In this document: positions 44,995 to 54,773 of the stretch, piece by piece
Layout: each line of letters starts with the position of its first letter
Position numbering within the stretch: the first letter of the stretch is position 1
Assembly (NCBI GenBank): GCA_016286235.1
Contig: JAEESJ010000033.1
Location: 1-63,498 of the forward strand
DNA: 63,498 nucleotides
DNA from: Opitutales bacterium
Lineage (GTDB): Bacteria; Verrucomicrobiota; Verrucomicrobiia; Opitutales; UBA9783
Reading direction: 5' to 3'
Notes under the pieces: generated by a model
What the model was told of the DNA's origin: nothing
Database searches by the model: none
The model's input: the letters and a program-made list of their open reading frames with translations, nothing else
Made by a program: the position numbers and the translations under genes

Positions 44995-46134
44995 ATGTTA
45001 GGTTTTTTTAAAACGTTTGCGGAAAAATGCGCCAAAGTACGTCAGAGTATTACGCGCAGTGTTGTCGCCGTCTTTTCAAAACCTTCCCTTTCGGCGGATG
45101 ACCGACAATCGCTGGAAAGGAGTTTGTACGAAGCGGATTTCGGCGTCGACACCGTTGAATATGTCCTGAAACGCGTTGAAGAAGCCTCCAAAACGAATAA
45201 AACCGTCGACGGCACTGAACTGTTGCGCCAATTTTTAACCGAACTTTTACAGGGTTCCGAAGGCAATCCGTCGTTGATTCCGTCCGATACTGTCGCCGCA
45301 GATACTCCGTCAAACGTGAGCGAAACGGCTGAAAGCAAAAAATGCCGTGGCAACACCTCCGAAGGACAAGTTTCCCGTCTAACCGTATTGGAACAACAGA
45401 CAACAAACGGCACATCCCGTTCCGATACACCCTTTACCTCAACCGACGATTCGCCTTCATCCGATAAGAATACCTCTCTGCCTCAATCAATGCCTCCGAA
45501 TACGCAGGCGGTCGATTTGCAGGTTATATTGCTGTTGGGCATCAACGGTGCCGGGAAAACAACTACCGCAGCAAAACTGGCGCATTTTTTTGAAAACAAC
45601 AAACGACGTACCCTGTTGGGCTCCTGCGATACTTTTCGAACCGCGGCGGATCAGCAACTGAAAACCTGGGCGGAACGGTTGCATTTGGATTGCATCGGCA
45701 GTCAACAGCGCGCCGATGCCGCTTCCGTTGCCTATGACGTTTGCCAAGCGGGCTTGCATCGCGGCTATCAACGCGTCATTTTGGACACCGCCGGTCGACT
45801 GCACACCAAAACGTCACTCACGGAAGAACTCAAAAAGATGGTGCGCGTGCTTCACAAGTGTCACCCGTTGTTCCCGCAACACCGCTGGCTGGTCATCGAC
45901 GGTTCACTGGGCACCAATTCGCTTCAGCAGGCAAAATTATTCCATGAAGCCGTCGGCTTGACAGGTCTTATCGTCACCAAATTGGACGGCACGAGCAAAG
46001 GCGGCGCCTTGGTCGGCATTTATCAAACTCTGCACGTACCGATTTACTTCGTCGGCTTGGGCGAAAAAGCAGAAGATTTGCAACCGTTTTCGGTAAAGTC
46101 CTATATCGAGGCACTTGTCGGCGGAGACGCGTAA
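44995..46134 (+). CDS. ftsY: signal recognition particle receptor FtsY
   Basis: 379 aa. NG domain GINGAGKTTTAAKLA, DTAGR, TKLDGTSKGG. S/T/P-rich insertion in the N-terminal part. Confidence 0.93.
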   Translation: MLGFFKTFAEKCAKVRQSITRSVVAVFSKPSLSADDRQSLERSLYEADFGVDTVEYVLKRVEEASKTNKTVDGTELLRQFLTELLQGSEGNPSLIPSDTVAADTPSNVSETAESKKCRGNTSEGQVSRLTVLEQQTTNGTSRSDTPFTSTDDSPSSDKNTSLPQSMPPNTQAVDLQVILLLGINGAGKTTTAAKLAHFFENNKRRTLLGSCDTFRTAADQQLKTWAERLHLDCIGSQQRADAASVAYDVCQAGLHRGYQRVILDTAGRLHTKTSLTEELKKMVRVLHKCHPLFPQHRWLVIDGSLGTNSLQQAKLFHEAVGLTGLIVTKLDGTSKGGALVGIYQTLHVPIYFVGLGEKAEDLQPFSVKSYIEALVGGDA

Positions 46135-46264
46135 AGATTAACATTTAGCACGTAAGCGACGGTTGGTTAAAAACTACTGTAATATGTTTTCTTGTACCGG
46201 GTACTTTTGGGTACACGAGGGTTTTGCAAGAAAGAAAAATGAGAAAGACCGAGTGTAACCAGAC

Positions 46265-46286
46265 GCGGGCACCGAAAGGTGCCCGC
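46265..46286. terminator. GC-rich hairpin between convergent ftsY and the OMP gene
   Basis: GCGGGCACC-gaaa-GGTGCCCGC (9 bp, GNRA-type loop). No clear T-run on either side. Confidence 0.4.
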
Positions 46287-46320
46287 TCCTCATATTACAA
46301 ATCCCCGCAACGGGATGGTG

Positions 46321-46869
46321 CTAAAACCGATACGTCACCCCCACTTCTGCAACATGGATGAGCTCCTGTTTCCCTTTCCAAAAACAACGCTTACCATCAG
46401 CATCCTCAGGAAACTCGAAACTGCACGGCATCCAACGCAAACGGTAACCCACCGTCAGTTGCCAACTTTCGTTTAAACACACACCGACACCCGCAAACGC
46501 CTGACCGAACAAACGCCAAATCGATTTGTGACCTTCCAGCAACCATGTTTCATCAACATCATCGGCTTTTACCTCACATTTAAACCAGATATTCGCATGA
46601 TTTATGCCGCCACCGACACCGCCGTACAAAAATGCTTTTTCGTTCAAACGTTTCCGAAGCGTAATATTTTTGCTTCGTACTTTCGCACTCAAAGGAACCC
46701 CTTCGGCATTACATGAAATTTTACTCTCCCCGAACAATAAACCGCCTCTCAACATCACATAAGGGTTCCATTCTCTCCCATACTCTACCTCCGCTCCATC
46801 CGTCGCTCCCGACGCAACACCCGACAACATCCCAAGCATGCCTGCCGTAAAGAAGAACCTGTTTTTCAT
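46321..46869 (-). CDS. small outer-membrane beta-barrel protein
   Basis: 182 aa. Signal peptide MKNRFFFTAGMLGMLSGVASGA, alternating hydrophobic pattern, C-terminal ..VGVTYRF (terminal Phe). Confidence 0.7.
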   Translation of the reverse strand: MKNRFFFTAGMLGMLSGVASGATDGAEVEYGREWNPYVMLRGGLLFGESKISCNAEGVPLSAKVRSKNITLRKRLNEKAFLYGGVGGGINHANIWFKCEVKADDVDETWLLEGHKSIWRLFGQAFAGVGVCLNESWQLTVGYRLRWMPCSFEFPEDADGKRCFWKGKQELIHVAEVGVTYRF

Positions 46870-46885
46870 AGCTTAATGCTTCCAT

Positions 46886-46909
46886 GGAAGGAAGGAAGGT
46901 AGGTAGGTA
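46886..46909. repeat. tetranucleotide microsatellite (GGAA)3(GGTA)3
   Basis: ggaaggaaggaaggtaggtaggta, 17-40 nt upstream of the OMP start codon. Reads (TACC)3(TTCC)3 on the coding strand. Confidence 0.9.
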
Positions 46910-47092
46910 GGGGCAAGGATTTTTTGAGGGGGAAAAGTAAAAAAATTAAATTCCCTGCATTTTGGGTGCCTTTCTAAAGCACTTATCACAAACAGCGCGA
47001 AAAAAATCCTTTCACAATCCCGCAAAATCGTCCGTTATAGGAAGTAAGGCTTGCTCACGGGAATGAAAGTTTTCAGTGTGTAAGTAATTCCT

Positions 47093-48172
47093 GTGGCTTC
47101 CGTTTCGCTTCATCCGTTTTGGTTGCATCAGACCCGTTTGAGCAACAGTGCGGTGCGTCTGAGCCAAACCGTCACGATCGTACGGAATTTGGAAGGGTTG
47201 CCATTCTCAATGCGGGCAACGGCGGCGCAACGCGCAACCGTCACCAAGCTAGTACGGGAAGCATTGGAGGGGCTTGAAAATTTTAAGAACGAGTGGATCG
47301 AGTGTCCTTGGGGTGCCGCTTCCCGTCCGGAAAAGGACTTATTGGAGACGCTTGCGGGATGCAATCAGCCGTGCGATGAAACGGTCGTTTGGTACCATTC
47401 GAAGAATTTCATACACATCGTTGCCAATAGCGCGGATCACATTCGTTTCAATCTGACGCACACAGACAGCTCCTTGAAGAATATCCGGGCAACACTTGAT
47501 GCTTTGGAAGAGCGTTTGGGAGAAAAACTGACATATGCGTTTGACCCGAAAAGCGGCTTTGCGACGAGCAATCCGCATGTGACGGGGATGGGTTTGCATG
47601 TGCAACTGTTACTGCATCTGCCCGCTCTTTGCTTTGATCGACAACTTCCGAAACTGATTGAAGCCGCATCGGAGATGCATCTGGAACTGGAACCCGTTCG
47701 CGTTGCCGACGATAAAGCTCTCGGACATCTTTTCGTTTTATACAACACGATTAATTTGGGCATTGACGAAAAGTCCCTTCTGACGTATCTCGAAAACATC
47801 GCCGAAAAAATCGTCGCTGCGGAATTGCGCGCGCGAAAGGTGATGATCGCGGAACACGGCGATTTTGTACGCGACGGTATCGGTCGTTCGCTCGGGCTAC
47901 TGGGAAATTGCGGAAAGTTAACGCTTGAAGAAGCCATGCATTTGTTTTCGATCATCATTATGGCGATCGACGAAGGTATCCTTCCGACACACAAACGCAC
48001 CCTGCTGTTGCGCTTATGGCGTGCCTTACCATACGAACTGCTCGGTGAATTTTGCCAAGAAGACATTCCGTCTTCGGATGAAGACCGCGTGCGTGCCGCC
48101 GTCGTAAAAGCAACCATGGCGCAGGTTTTAAAGCCGTCCGTCGCCAAACGAAAGGTTTCCCGTGCCGTTTGA
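47093..48172 (+). CDS. mcsB: McsB-like guanidino-kinase-fold protein (catalytic motifs degenerate)
   Basis: 359 aa, GTG start. Colinear with B. subtilis McsB as remembered (..IVRNLEGLPF.., ..DHIRFN.., ..TSNPHVTGMGLHVQLLLHLPAL..). See finding for the substitutions. 11-nt overlap with clpC. Confidence 0.7.
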   Translation: MASVSLHPFWLHQTRLSNSAVRLSQTVTIVRNLEGLPFSMRATAAQRATVTKLVREALEGLENFKNEWIECPWGAASRPEKDLLETLAGCNQPCDETVVWYHSKNFIHIVANSADHIRFNLTHTDSSLKNIRATLDALEERLGEKLTYAFDPKSGFATSNPHVTGMGLHVQLLLHLPALCFDRQLPKLIEAASEMHLELEPVRVADDKALGHLFVLYNTINLGIDEKSLLTYLENIAEKIVAAELRARKVMIAEHGDFVRDGIGRSLGLLGNCGKLTLEEAMHLFSIIIMAIDEGILPTHKRTLLLRLWRALPYELLGEFCQEDIPSSDEDRVRAAVVKATMAQVLKPSVAKRKVSRAV

Positions 48173-50693
48173 ACTGACACATAACGCGCAGTGCGTTCTG
48201 CATTCGGCGGAACGTCGGGCAAAAGGTCTGCACCAGTCTTACCTGGGAACCGACCACCTTTTGCTGGCATTATTGGAACAAAAGGAAGGTATTGCGGCGC
48301 GTATCCTGCAACAGTGCCGATTTTGTGCCGACGAAGTTGCGGCTGTCGTTTGCGAACACCTGCATCAAACGTCACAAACGGAGTTTTTTTCCACGGACGG
48401 AGAAGAAACGACGGATGGCGATTTAGTGTTAACACCGCGCCTGCGAAAGGTCTTTTTGGCGGCGGAACAATTGTGCTCGGAACAGCACGGTTCCAAAATC
48501 ACGACGGCACATTTATTGCTGAGTCTTTTAAAGGAAGGTCTCGGCTTGGGGCATCGTTTGCTCGAACGTTTGACCGACTCCGAATACTGTCAAAAAACCG
48601 CTTTACATACACTGCGTTTCCAAAAAGATGATGACGACGAAGATGATGGCTCAACGGATGAGGAAGATGACGAAGGGGTGGATGAGGGCAATAACGAACC
48701 GGAGGAGGATCGTGAACGCTCGGAAGGCTCAATTTTCGTACGACGAGCCCGCCCATCGGTTTCTTTCCTGAAAACCTACGGTCGGGATTTGACGCAAAAA
48801 GCGCTGGACGGCACATTGGATCCTGTTATCGGTCGGGGGAAGGAAATTGAGCGCGTCCTTCGGGTATTGTGCCGTCGTACCAAAAACAATCCCGTTCTCA
48901 TCGGCGAAGCGGGCGTCGGAAAAACCGCCGTGGTCGAAGGCTTGGCGCAACGCATCGTACAACATCGCGTTCCGGACGTACTGCTGGACAAAACCGTCGT
49001 TGAAGTCGATTTGGCATTGTTGCTGTCGGGCACCAAATACCGCGGACAATTCGAAGAACGCCTAAAACGTTTGATGGACGAAGCGCAAAACAACAACGTT
49101 ATCTTGTTTCTGGACGAACTGCACATGTTGGTCGGTGCCGGTTCCGCTGAAGGTTCCGTCGACGCTGCCAATATTTTAAAACCCGCTTTGGCGCGCGGGC
49201 AATTGCAGTGCATCGGTGCCACCACGCTCGACGAATATCGCAAACATATCGAAAAAGACGGCGCACTGAACCGCCGTTTCCAACCCGTCATGATGGAACC
49301 GTCGACGCCGTCTGAAACGTTGGAAATTTTGCATGGTTTAAAAGAACGTTACGAAACGTTTCACCGCGTTTGCTATACGGAAGAAATTTTAAAGCAGACC
49401 GTCGATCTCACACAACGGTACGTCAATAATCGCTGTTTCCCCGATAAAGCCATCGATTTAATGGACGAAGCGGGCGCGCGCACCCAAATGTTAACGCAAC
49501 GCGAAGCTCCCTCTACCGAGGCGTTGGATAAGGAGATTGCCTCGGCGCAAGATCAAAAACGAACCGCCATTGATCGCCAACGGTTTGAAGAAGCGGCGCG
49601 TTGGCGCGACAAAGAGCAGGCTCTTAAAATCAAACGCGGCGAACTGCTGGAAGCGTGGAAACAAACGAAAAACGCCAAACGTGCAACCGTCAAAGAAGCG
49701 ACATTGCAGAAAATTATTTTTGATTGGACAGGTATCCCGATCGAGAATATCGGCGCACACGAACGAGAGCGCTACCTAACGCTCGAAGCAACGCTTAATC
49801 GCTCGCTCATCGGTCAAGAGGAGGCGGTCAAAACCGTCGCCGACGCCCTGAAACGCGCACGCACGGATTTGAAGGATCCGCGTTGTCCCGTTTCCTTCCT
49901 TTTCCTTGGTCCAACAGGTGTCGGGAAAACCTACCTGGTCAAACTGCTGGCGGAGAAAATTTTCGGTCACCGCGAAGCCGTCATTCAACTGGACATGTCG
50001 GAGTACATGGAAAAGCACACGGTCTCGCGTCTCATCGGTTCGCCCCCCGGTTACGTCGGACACGAAGAAGGCGGTCGATTGACGGAAGCGGTGCGCCGTA
50101 AGCCTTATTCGATTGTGTTGCTCGATGAAATCGAAAAAGCGCATCCCGATGTACTTCAGATTTTGTTACAAGTTCTGGAGGAAGGGCATCTGACGGACAG
50201 CTTCGGTCGTCGCGCGGATTTCAAAAACACTTTACTTATCATGACCTCCAATGTCGGCGCGGAGGAATTTCAACGCACCTTCGGTCTTGGCTTCGGTTTA
50301 AACTCGCCGAACGTCGCGTTCGAGCAGGTTAAGTCCGCCGTTGAACATGCCGCGAAGAAAACTTTCAAACCCGAATTTCTCAATCGCATCGGCGAACAGG
50401 TCATCTTTCGTCCGCTCACACGCGAACACATGAAAGCAATCGTCGATTTGGAGCTCAAAGCCGTCGCGGAACGCCTGAAAACCAAAGGCATAACCCTGAA
50501 AGTCGGCGACGACGTGAAAGAATTTTTGATCGACAAAGGCTTTGACGAAAAAATGGGCGCGCGGCCGTTGAAACGCGCCATTGAACGTTACGTCGAAAAC
50601 CGCCTGGCGGACGATTTCCTGGAACAGAAGATAAAAGCCGGGCAAAGGATTAAGTTGGAAGTAAAAGAGGGCGGGATTAGTGTTTTAAAGTAG
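48162..50693 (+). CDS. clpC: AAA+ chaperone ClpC (ClpA/B family)
   Basis: 843 aa. Clp_N repeats, Walker A GEAGVGKT and GPTGVGKT, UVR-like RFEEAARWRDKEQAL. Acidic insertion aa 155-189 (DDDDEDDGSTDEEDDEGVDEGNNEPEEDRE). Confidence 0.93.
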   Translation: MPFELTHNAQCVLHSAERRAKGLHQSYLGTDHLLLALLEQKEGIAARILQQCRFCADEVAAVVCEHLHQTSQTEFFSTDGEETTDGDLVLTPRLRKVFLAAEQLCSEQHGSKITTAHLLLSLLKEGLGLGHRLLERLTDSEYCQKTALHTLRFQKDDDDEDDGSTDEEDDEGVDEGNNEPEEDRERSEGSIFVRRARPSVSFLKTYGRDLTQKALDGTLDPVIGRGKEIERVLRVLCRRTKNNPVLIGEAGVGKTAVVEGLAQRIVQHRVPDVLLDKTVVEVDLALLLSGTKYRGQFEERLKRLMDEAQNNNVILFLDELHMLVGAGSAEGSVDAANILKPALARGQLQCIGATTLDEYRKHIEKDGALNRRFQPVMMEPSTPSETLEILHGLKERYETFHRVCYTEEILKQTVDLTQRYVNNRCFPDKAIDLMDEAGARTQMLTQREAPSTEALDKEIASAQDQKRTAIDRQRFEEAARWRDKEQALKIKRGELLEAWKQTKNAKRATVKEATLQKIIFDWTGIPIENIGAHERERYLTLEATLNRSLIGQEEAVKTVADALKRARTDLKDPRCPVSFLFLGPTGVGKTYLVKLLAEKIFGHREAVIQLDMSEYMEKHTVSRLIGSPPGYVGHEEGGRLTEAVRRKPYSIVLLDEIEKAHPDVLQILLQVLEEGHLTDSFGRRADFKNTLLIMTSNVGAEEFQRTFGLGFGLNSPNVAFEQVKSAVEHAAKKTFKPEFLNRIGEQVIFRPLTREHMKAIVDLELKAVAERLKTKGITLKVGDDVKEFLIDKGFDEKMGARPLKRAIERYVENRLADDFLEQKIKAGQRIKLEVKEGGISVLK

Positions 50694-50862
50694 AAGTTGT
50701 GTTGGTTCGGCAGAAGCTCTCAGGCGAAGCGGTTGCTCCAGTCTGTTATGAGCTTTTCTGAAGCTTTGCAATTTTTACCTGTTCAGCTCGGAAGTACTCT
50801 CGGCGTTTTTTCCTTGCGAACACCTCCGTTGAAAAATTACACTTTCTTCCGAAGGCATCCAC

Positions 50863-52302
50863 ATGATATTCCGACTGTTTAATACACAAAGTCGCACCAA
50901 AGAAGCGGTTCGATGCGAAAAAGGGGAAAGCTTCGGGACTAATTGTTGCGGACCGACCGTCTACGGTCCGGCGCACATCGGCAATTTTCGTACTTACGTG
51001 GTACAGGATACCGTCGTTCGGCTGTTGAAGTTGCTTCAAATCTCTTATCGATATATCCGAAACATCACCGATGTGGATGACAAAACGATCCGCAATTCGA
51101 TTGCACAACAACAAACGCTGTCGGATTATGTCAAGCCGTGGATCGAAAAGTTTCATAACGATTGCGAACGCTTAAATCTTCTTCCGCCGACAGCGGAACC
51201 GCGCGCAACCGAAACCATTGAAGCCCAACAGGAACTTATTCAAACGTTAATCGACAAAGGGCATGCCTACGTGCGAGACGGTTCGGTATATTTTCGCATC
51301 GCCTCTTTTAAAAACTACGGTCGATTGTCCCACTTAGATGCACGCATTCTGCAGACACAGGCACTCAACAGTGCCGGACGCTCCAACGACGCCGACGAAT
51401 ACGATCGGGAGCAGGTGGCGGATTTCGTTCTCTGGAAGGCATACAAGCCGACCGATGGCGATATTTTCTGGGAAAGTCCGTGGGGACGCGGTCGTCCCGG
51501 ATGGCACATCGAGTGCAGTGCCATGTCGCATTTATATTTGGATCAAACGGTCGACCTTCATACGGGAGGCGTCGATTTATGCTTTCCGCACCATGAAAAC
51601 GAAATCGCCCAATCGGAAGCGGCGTACGGCGCACCTTTTGTCCGTCAATGGCTCCACATCGCTCACTTGCAGATCGAGGGACAAAAAATGTCCAAAAGCC
51701 TCGGAAATTTGCTGATGTTGGATGATTTAAAGGCGCGCGGTTATCATCCGTCGGCGGTTCGATACGCCCTGTCGTCGGGACATTATCGGCAGACGCTCAA
51801 TTTTACCTTCGATTTAATGCGTTCCGCCCAAAGCGCTTTGCGAAAGATTAAAGCTTACACCCATGCGCTGTTATCCTGGTCGGGTATCGATGAAGCAACT
51901 TTCGAAAAACATAAAGAAAACGCGGTTTTGCCTGAAAAATGTATCTTTTTACGTGACTTTTTCGAGGCTTTACTGGACGATTTAAACGTTCCAAAAGCCC
52001 TCGGTTGCTTGTTCACGTTTATGCACCAAAACCCATCGCCGTCGAAGGTTCAAACGGAAACACTTCTCAACGAATGGTGCGCCGCTTTATACGCACTCGG
52101 CATTGAATATGAGGAACCGGATACCGATATACCAACGGTCGAAATTCCGAACGATATTCGAACATTGGCGGAACAGCGTTGGGCAGCAAAACAGGCGCGA
52201 CAATTTGCGGAAGCCGACCGCCTGCGTCAGATTCTCGCGGGAAGCGGATGGAATGTCCTGGATCGGAAAGACGATTACGTACTCGAACCGTTACAGAGAT
52301 AA
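50863..52302 (+). CDS. cysS: cysteinyl-tRNA synthetase
   Basis: 479 aa. HIGN (AHIGNFRTY) and KMSKS (QKMSKSLGN) class-I signatures. ..GWHIECSAMS.. Confidence 0.95.
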   Translation: MIFRLFNTQSRTKEAVRCEKGESFGTNCCGPTVYGPAHIGNFRTYVVQDTVVRLLKLLQISYRYIRNITDVDDKTIRNSIAQQQTLSDYVKPWIEKFHNDCERLNLLPPTAEPRATETIEAQQELIQTLIDKGHAYVRDGSVYFRIASFKNYGRLSHLDARILQTQALNSAGRSNDADEYDREQVADFVLWKAYKPTDGDIFWESPWGRGRPGWHIECSAMSHLYLDQTVDLHTGGVDLCFPHHENEIAQSEAAYGAPFVRQWLHIAHLQIEGQKMSKSLGNLLMLDDLKARGYHPSAVRYALSSGHYRQTLNFTFDLMRSAQSALRKIKAYTHALLSWSGIDEATFEKHKENAVLPEKCIFLRDFFEALLDDLNVPKALGCLFTFMHQNPSPSKVQTETLLNEWCAALYALGIEYEEPDTDIPTVEIPNDIRTLAEQRWAAKQARQFAEADRLRQILAGSGWNVLDRKDDYVLEPLQR

Positions 52303-52703
52303 ACGCCTGCGGATGTTTAAAGTTGCATACGCAACCGCCTGCGGTGTGTGTGACGTAAAAATGTAATCGAGAAAGGGAAAAGTTGACGACGGGGATGTCT
52401 TTAACAAAGTTTTTTCCCGGATTGGATTGATTTTTTACTGGTAAAAATCAGTCCGAATGCATAAAAGTGCATACGCACATTTTCGAGCGCTGGAATGCCA
52501 TTCTTTGTTGTTGTTGCCTTTGTTTTAAAAAACTCACTGGCACTTCCCGACCGATTCCAAACCCCATCCGACGGAACAACAATCGGGAAGTTAACAAAAC
52601 CTTTAATCTCAAGAGCATCTTGCCCTGTTATTATTTGCCTCTGTTTTTAAAAAGTTCTTTCTTCTCTTCGCGGAGCACTTTTCAACCGCAATAAAGCGTA
52701 TTT

Positions 52704-53249
52704 TCAAACCCGTCCGCCCGAATTATCGCCCAAAAAAACTTTAACCAACCCCCTCCCTGCTCCGTTGTTATCGCCTTTTTTTAAACTTCTTCCCCAAAGG
52801 GAACCTTCCAGTCGCAACAAAAAGCGTTTAATCGCTAACCCGCCCGCATAACCGCCAAAATTTGATGCACCGATAACGCGATGGCAGGGAACGATAATCG
52901 GAAGCGGATTTCGGTGAACGGCTTGCCCAACGGCACGCGCCGCCTTCGGGTTACCGCAAACGGCGGCGATTTCGCCGTAGGAACGCGTTTCACCGTACGG
53001 GATTTTTAATAAAACTTCCCAAACGCGCATTTCGAACGGACTTCCGTTTAAATAAAACGGTAACGTAAAATTTTTGCGAGCACCCGCAAAATACTCCGAA
53101 AATTGATCAAAAACATCTTTAAATAATACAGGATTTTTACAATTTAACGGTGGCGGAACATTCAGATCAATGCGCACCAACTGCCGATCTTCGTTGAGAA
53201 CAAGCTTTATTCGACCGATTGGCGATGGCAGGTATCCGACGGCATCCAT
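52704..53249 (-). CDS. ogt: methylated-DNA-protein-cysteine methyltransferase
   Basis: 181 aa. ..YGEIAAVCGNPKAARAVGQAVHRNPLPIIVPCHRVIG.. (PCHR active site). Confidence 0.9.
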   Translation of the reverse strand: MDAVGYLPSPIGRIKLVLNEDRQLVRIDLNVPPPLNCKNPVLFKDVFDQFSEYFAGARKNFTLPFYLNGSPFEMRVWEVLLKIPYGETRSYGEIAAVCGNPKAARAVGQAVHRNPLPIIVPCHRVIGASNFGGYAGGLAIKRFLLRLEGSLWGRSLKKGDNNGAGRGLVKVFLGDNSGGRV

Positions 53250-53659
53250 TCCTCTCTCTCCGTTAATCGAATGCGGCGCGAACCGTTGGGTTGAATTTCA
53301 AAAGACAAATGCAGGTTGAAATTCAAATCTTTCACACATTCCGGCCATTCGACGGCACAACAAAACGGCGGTCGACACAAATCGTCCAAATTAAAATCCT
53401 CCGTGCGACCGTTCTTTAACCGATACGCATCCATATGGAGCAACGTTCGGATACCGTAATGCACATGTAAAACATCAAACGAAGGGCTTCGTACGTCTTC
53501 AATCCCCCATATGTGCGCCAGATATTTTACAAATGTCGTTTTTCCGACGCCCAAATCGCCGTGCAGTGCCAAAAAACAGCTTTCAGAACAACGTTTCGCG
53601 ACCGCCTGCGCGACAGTCGAAAGTTTATTCTCACGTGAAATTTCCCAATCAAGCGACAT
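53207..53659 (-). CDS. tsaE: tRNA t6A37 biosynthesis ATPase TsaE
   Basis: LHGDLGVGKTTFVK P-loop. ..SPSFDVLHVY.. ..HMDAYRL.. Start MSLDWEIS at 53659 avoids overlap with the CPBP gene; the track ORF extends to 53713. Confidence 0.85.
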   Translation of the reverse strand: MSLDWEISRENKLSTVAQAVAKRCSESCFLALHGDLGVGKTTFVKYLAHIWGIEDVRSPSFDVLHVHYGIRTLLHMDAYRLKNGRTEDFNLDDLCRPPFCCAVEWPECVKDLNFNLHLSFEIQPNGSRRIRLTEREEWMPSDTCHRQSVE

Positions 53660-54479
53660 AACAATGCGCATACGTGACCGCCAACGTAAAATTGAAGGCG
53701 TTAAAAAGACCATGAATTGTCATATTAACCGCCAAATTTCGGCTTTCGGCATAACTTCGCCCTAACCGATAACCGACGGCGGCAATCGGCAGAAACGCCG
53801 CCCAACTGCCGTGCATGGCGGCGAAAACAAAACTGCTCAGCCATAAACTTTTCGGCAACGACAGAAAGGAGCAAAAGAACCGCAACAAAATGCCGCGAAA
53901 GAAAATTTCTTCGCAAATCGGCGCCAAAATCACCGCACTGCATCCGATTGCCACAAGGCTCGGCACACTTGCCTGCCTTTTTAACAGTAATTGCATCAGC
54001 GGTTGTACCTCGATCTCAATCGGGAGTCCGCAGGAACGCAGGAATTTTAAAATCGGCACCCACAAAAGTCCCGTTACCAACACCAAGGGTAAAGTTTTTA
54101 AGAATTCGCGTACGCACAATCGCACCGAAAAACCGCCTTCCAACAGCCCGTCGCGCACTTTCCCCGAAACTGTCGTTATTGCCGCAAAAAACAGCACCAA
54201 CGCACATTCGACCGCAAAACCCGCATAAAAAAAACATTCGATTTCGTTTCCGCTTATCCGCCGCAACACTCCCGTTAGCCGAAACAGAAGCGGAATGACA
54301 AAAAACGCACCACCACAGAGTATGACGCCGTACCAACGCATTACCAACGGTTTCACGTGAAAAAGCACATCGACTCCTCTCGGAGTACTTTCCCGCCCCC
54401 ATAAACACGTTCCGACCAAAACGCTTCCGAAGACGCACAACCCCAGGAACAAAAGCGGCAACGGCACGGCATCAGGCAT
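53649..54479 (-). CDS. CPBP-family (CAAX-protease-like) intramembrane protease
   Basis: Multi-TM protein. EEIFFRG motif, ..FAAMH.. and ..HGLFN.. motifs. Confidence 0.8.
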   Translation of the reverse strand: MPDAVPLPLLFLGLCVFGSVLVGTCLWGRESTPRGVDVLFHVKPLVMRWYGVILCGGAFFVIPLLFRLTGVLRRISGNEIECFFYAGFAVECALVLFFAAITTVSGKVRDGLLEGGFSVRLCVREFLKTLPLVLVTGLLWVPILKFLRSCGLPIEIEVQPLMQLLLKRQASVPSLVAIGCSAVILAPICEEIFFRGILLRFFCSFLSLPKSLWLSSFVFAAMHGSWAAFLPIAAVGYRLGRSYAESRNLAVNMTIHGLFNAFNFTLAVTYAHCYVA

Positions 54480-54726
54480 AAAAAATCATCCGTCGTTCTT
54501 CAAAAACCTCATCGAATGCTTCAATTTTGCTCGCTCTCCGTTTGAACAAAAAAACTTCGACAGTTATTTTCGTCGCAATCTCCGCCAAAACGCCCCTTCT
54601 TCCATAAATAAAAAGCAACCTCAAAATGCGAGAAAATTTTCCAAAAAAAACTTGAACAACTTTCAAATACATCGGTCTTACATTGTTGAACAGTTTCTTA
54701 TTCAACTTTCTGTTTGTTTTGTTTTT

Positions 54727-54756
54727 CGAAGCACCGCAGAGGTGCTTCGTTTTTTT
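54727..54756 (+). terminator. orphan intrinsic terminator (9-bp GC-rich stem + T7)
   Basis: CGAAGCACC-gcaga-GGTGCTTCG-TTTTTTT. There is no plus-strand CDS upstream of it. It lies upstream of the promoter of the AsmA-like gene. Confidence 0.75.
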
Positions 54757-54773
54757 GTGCCGATGTCGGTTTA

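Noticed and set aside
46870-47092. CtsR operator or mcsA gene ahead of the mcsB-like gene
   Set aside because: No (A/G)GTCAAA direct repeat and no ORF with a UVR/zinc-finger pattern occur in the 223-nt spacer. Only an imperfect inverted repeat (CACGGGAAT..ATTCCTGTG) is present.
47437-48435. 332-aa minus-strand ORF
   Set aside because: It is antisense to the mcsB-like/clpC junction. It has no start context and a shadow-ORF composition.
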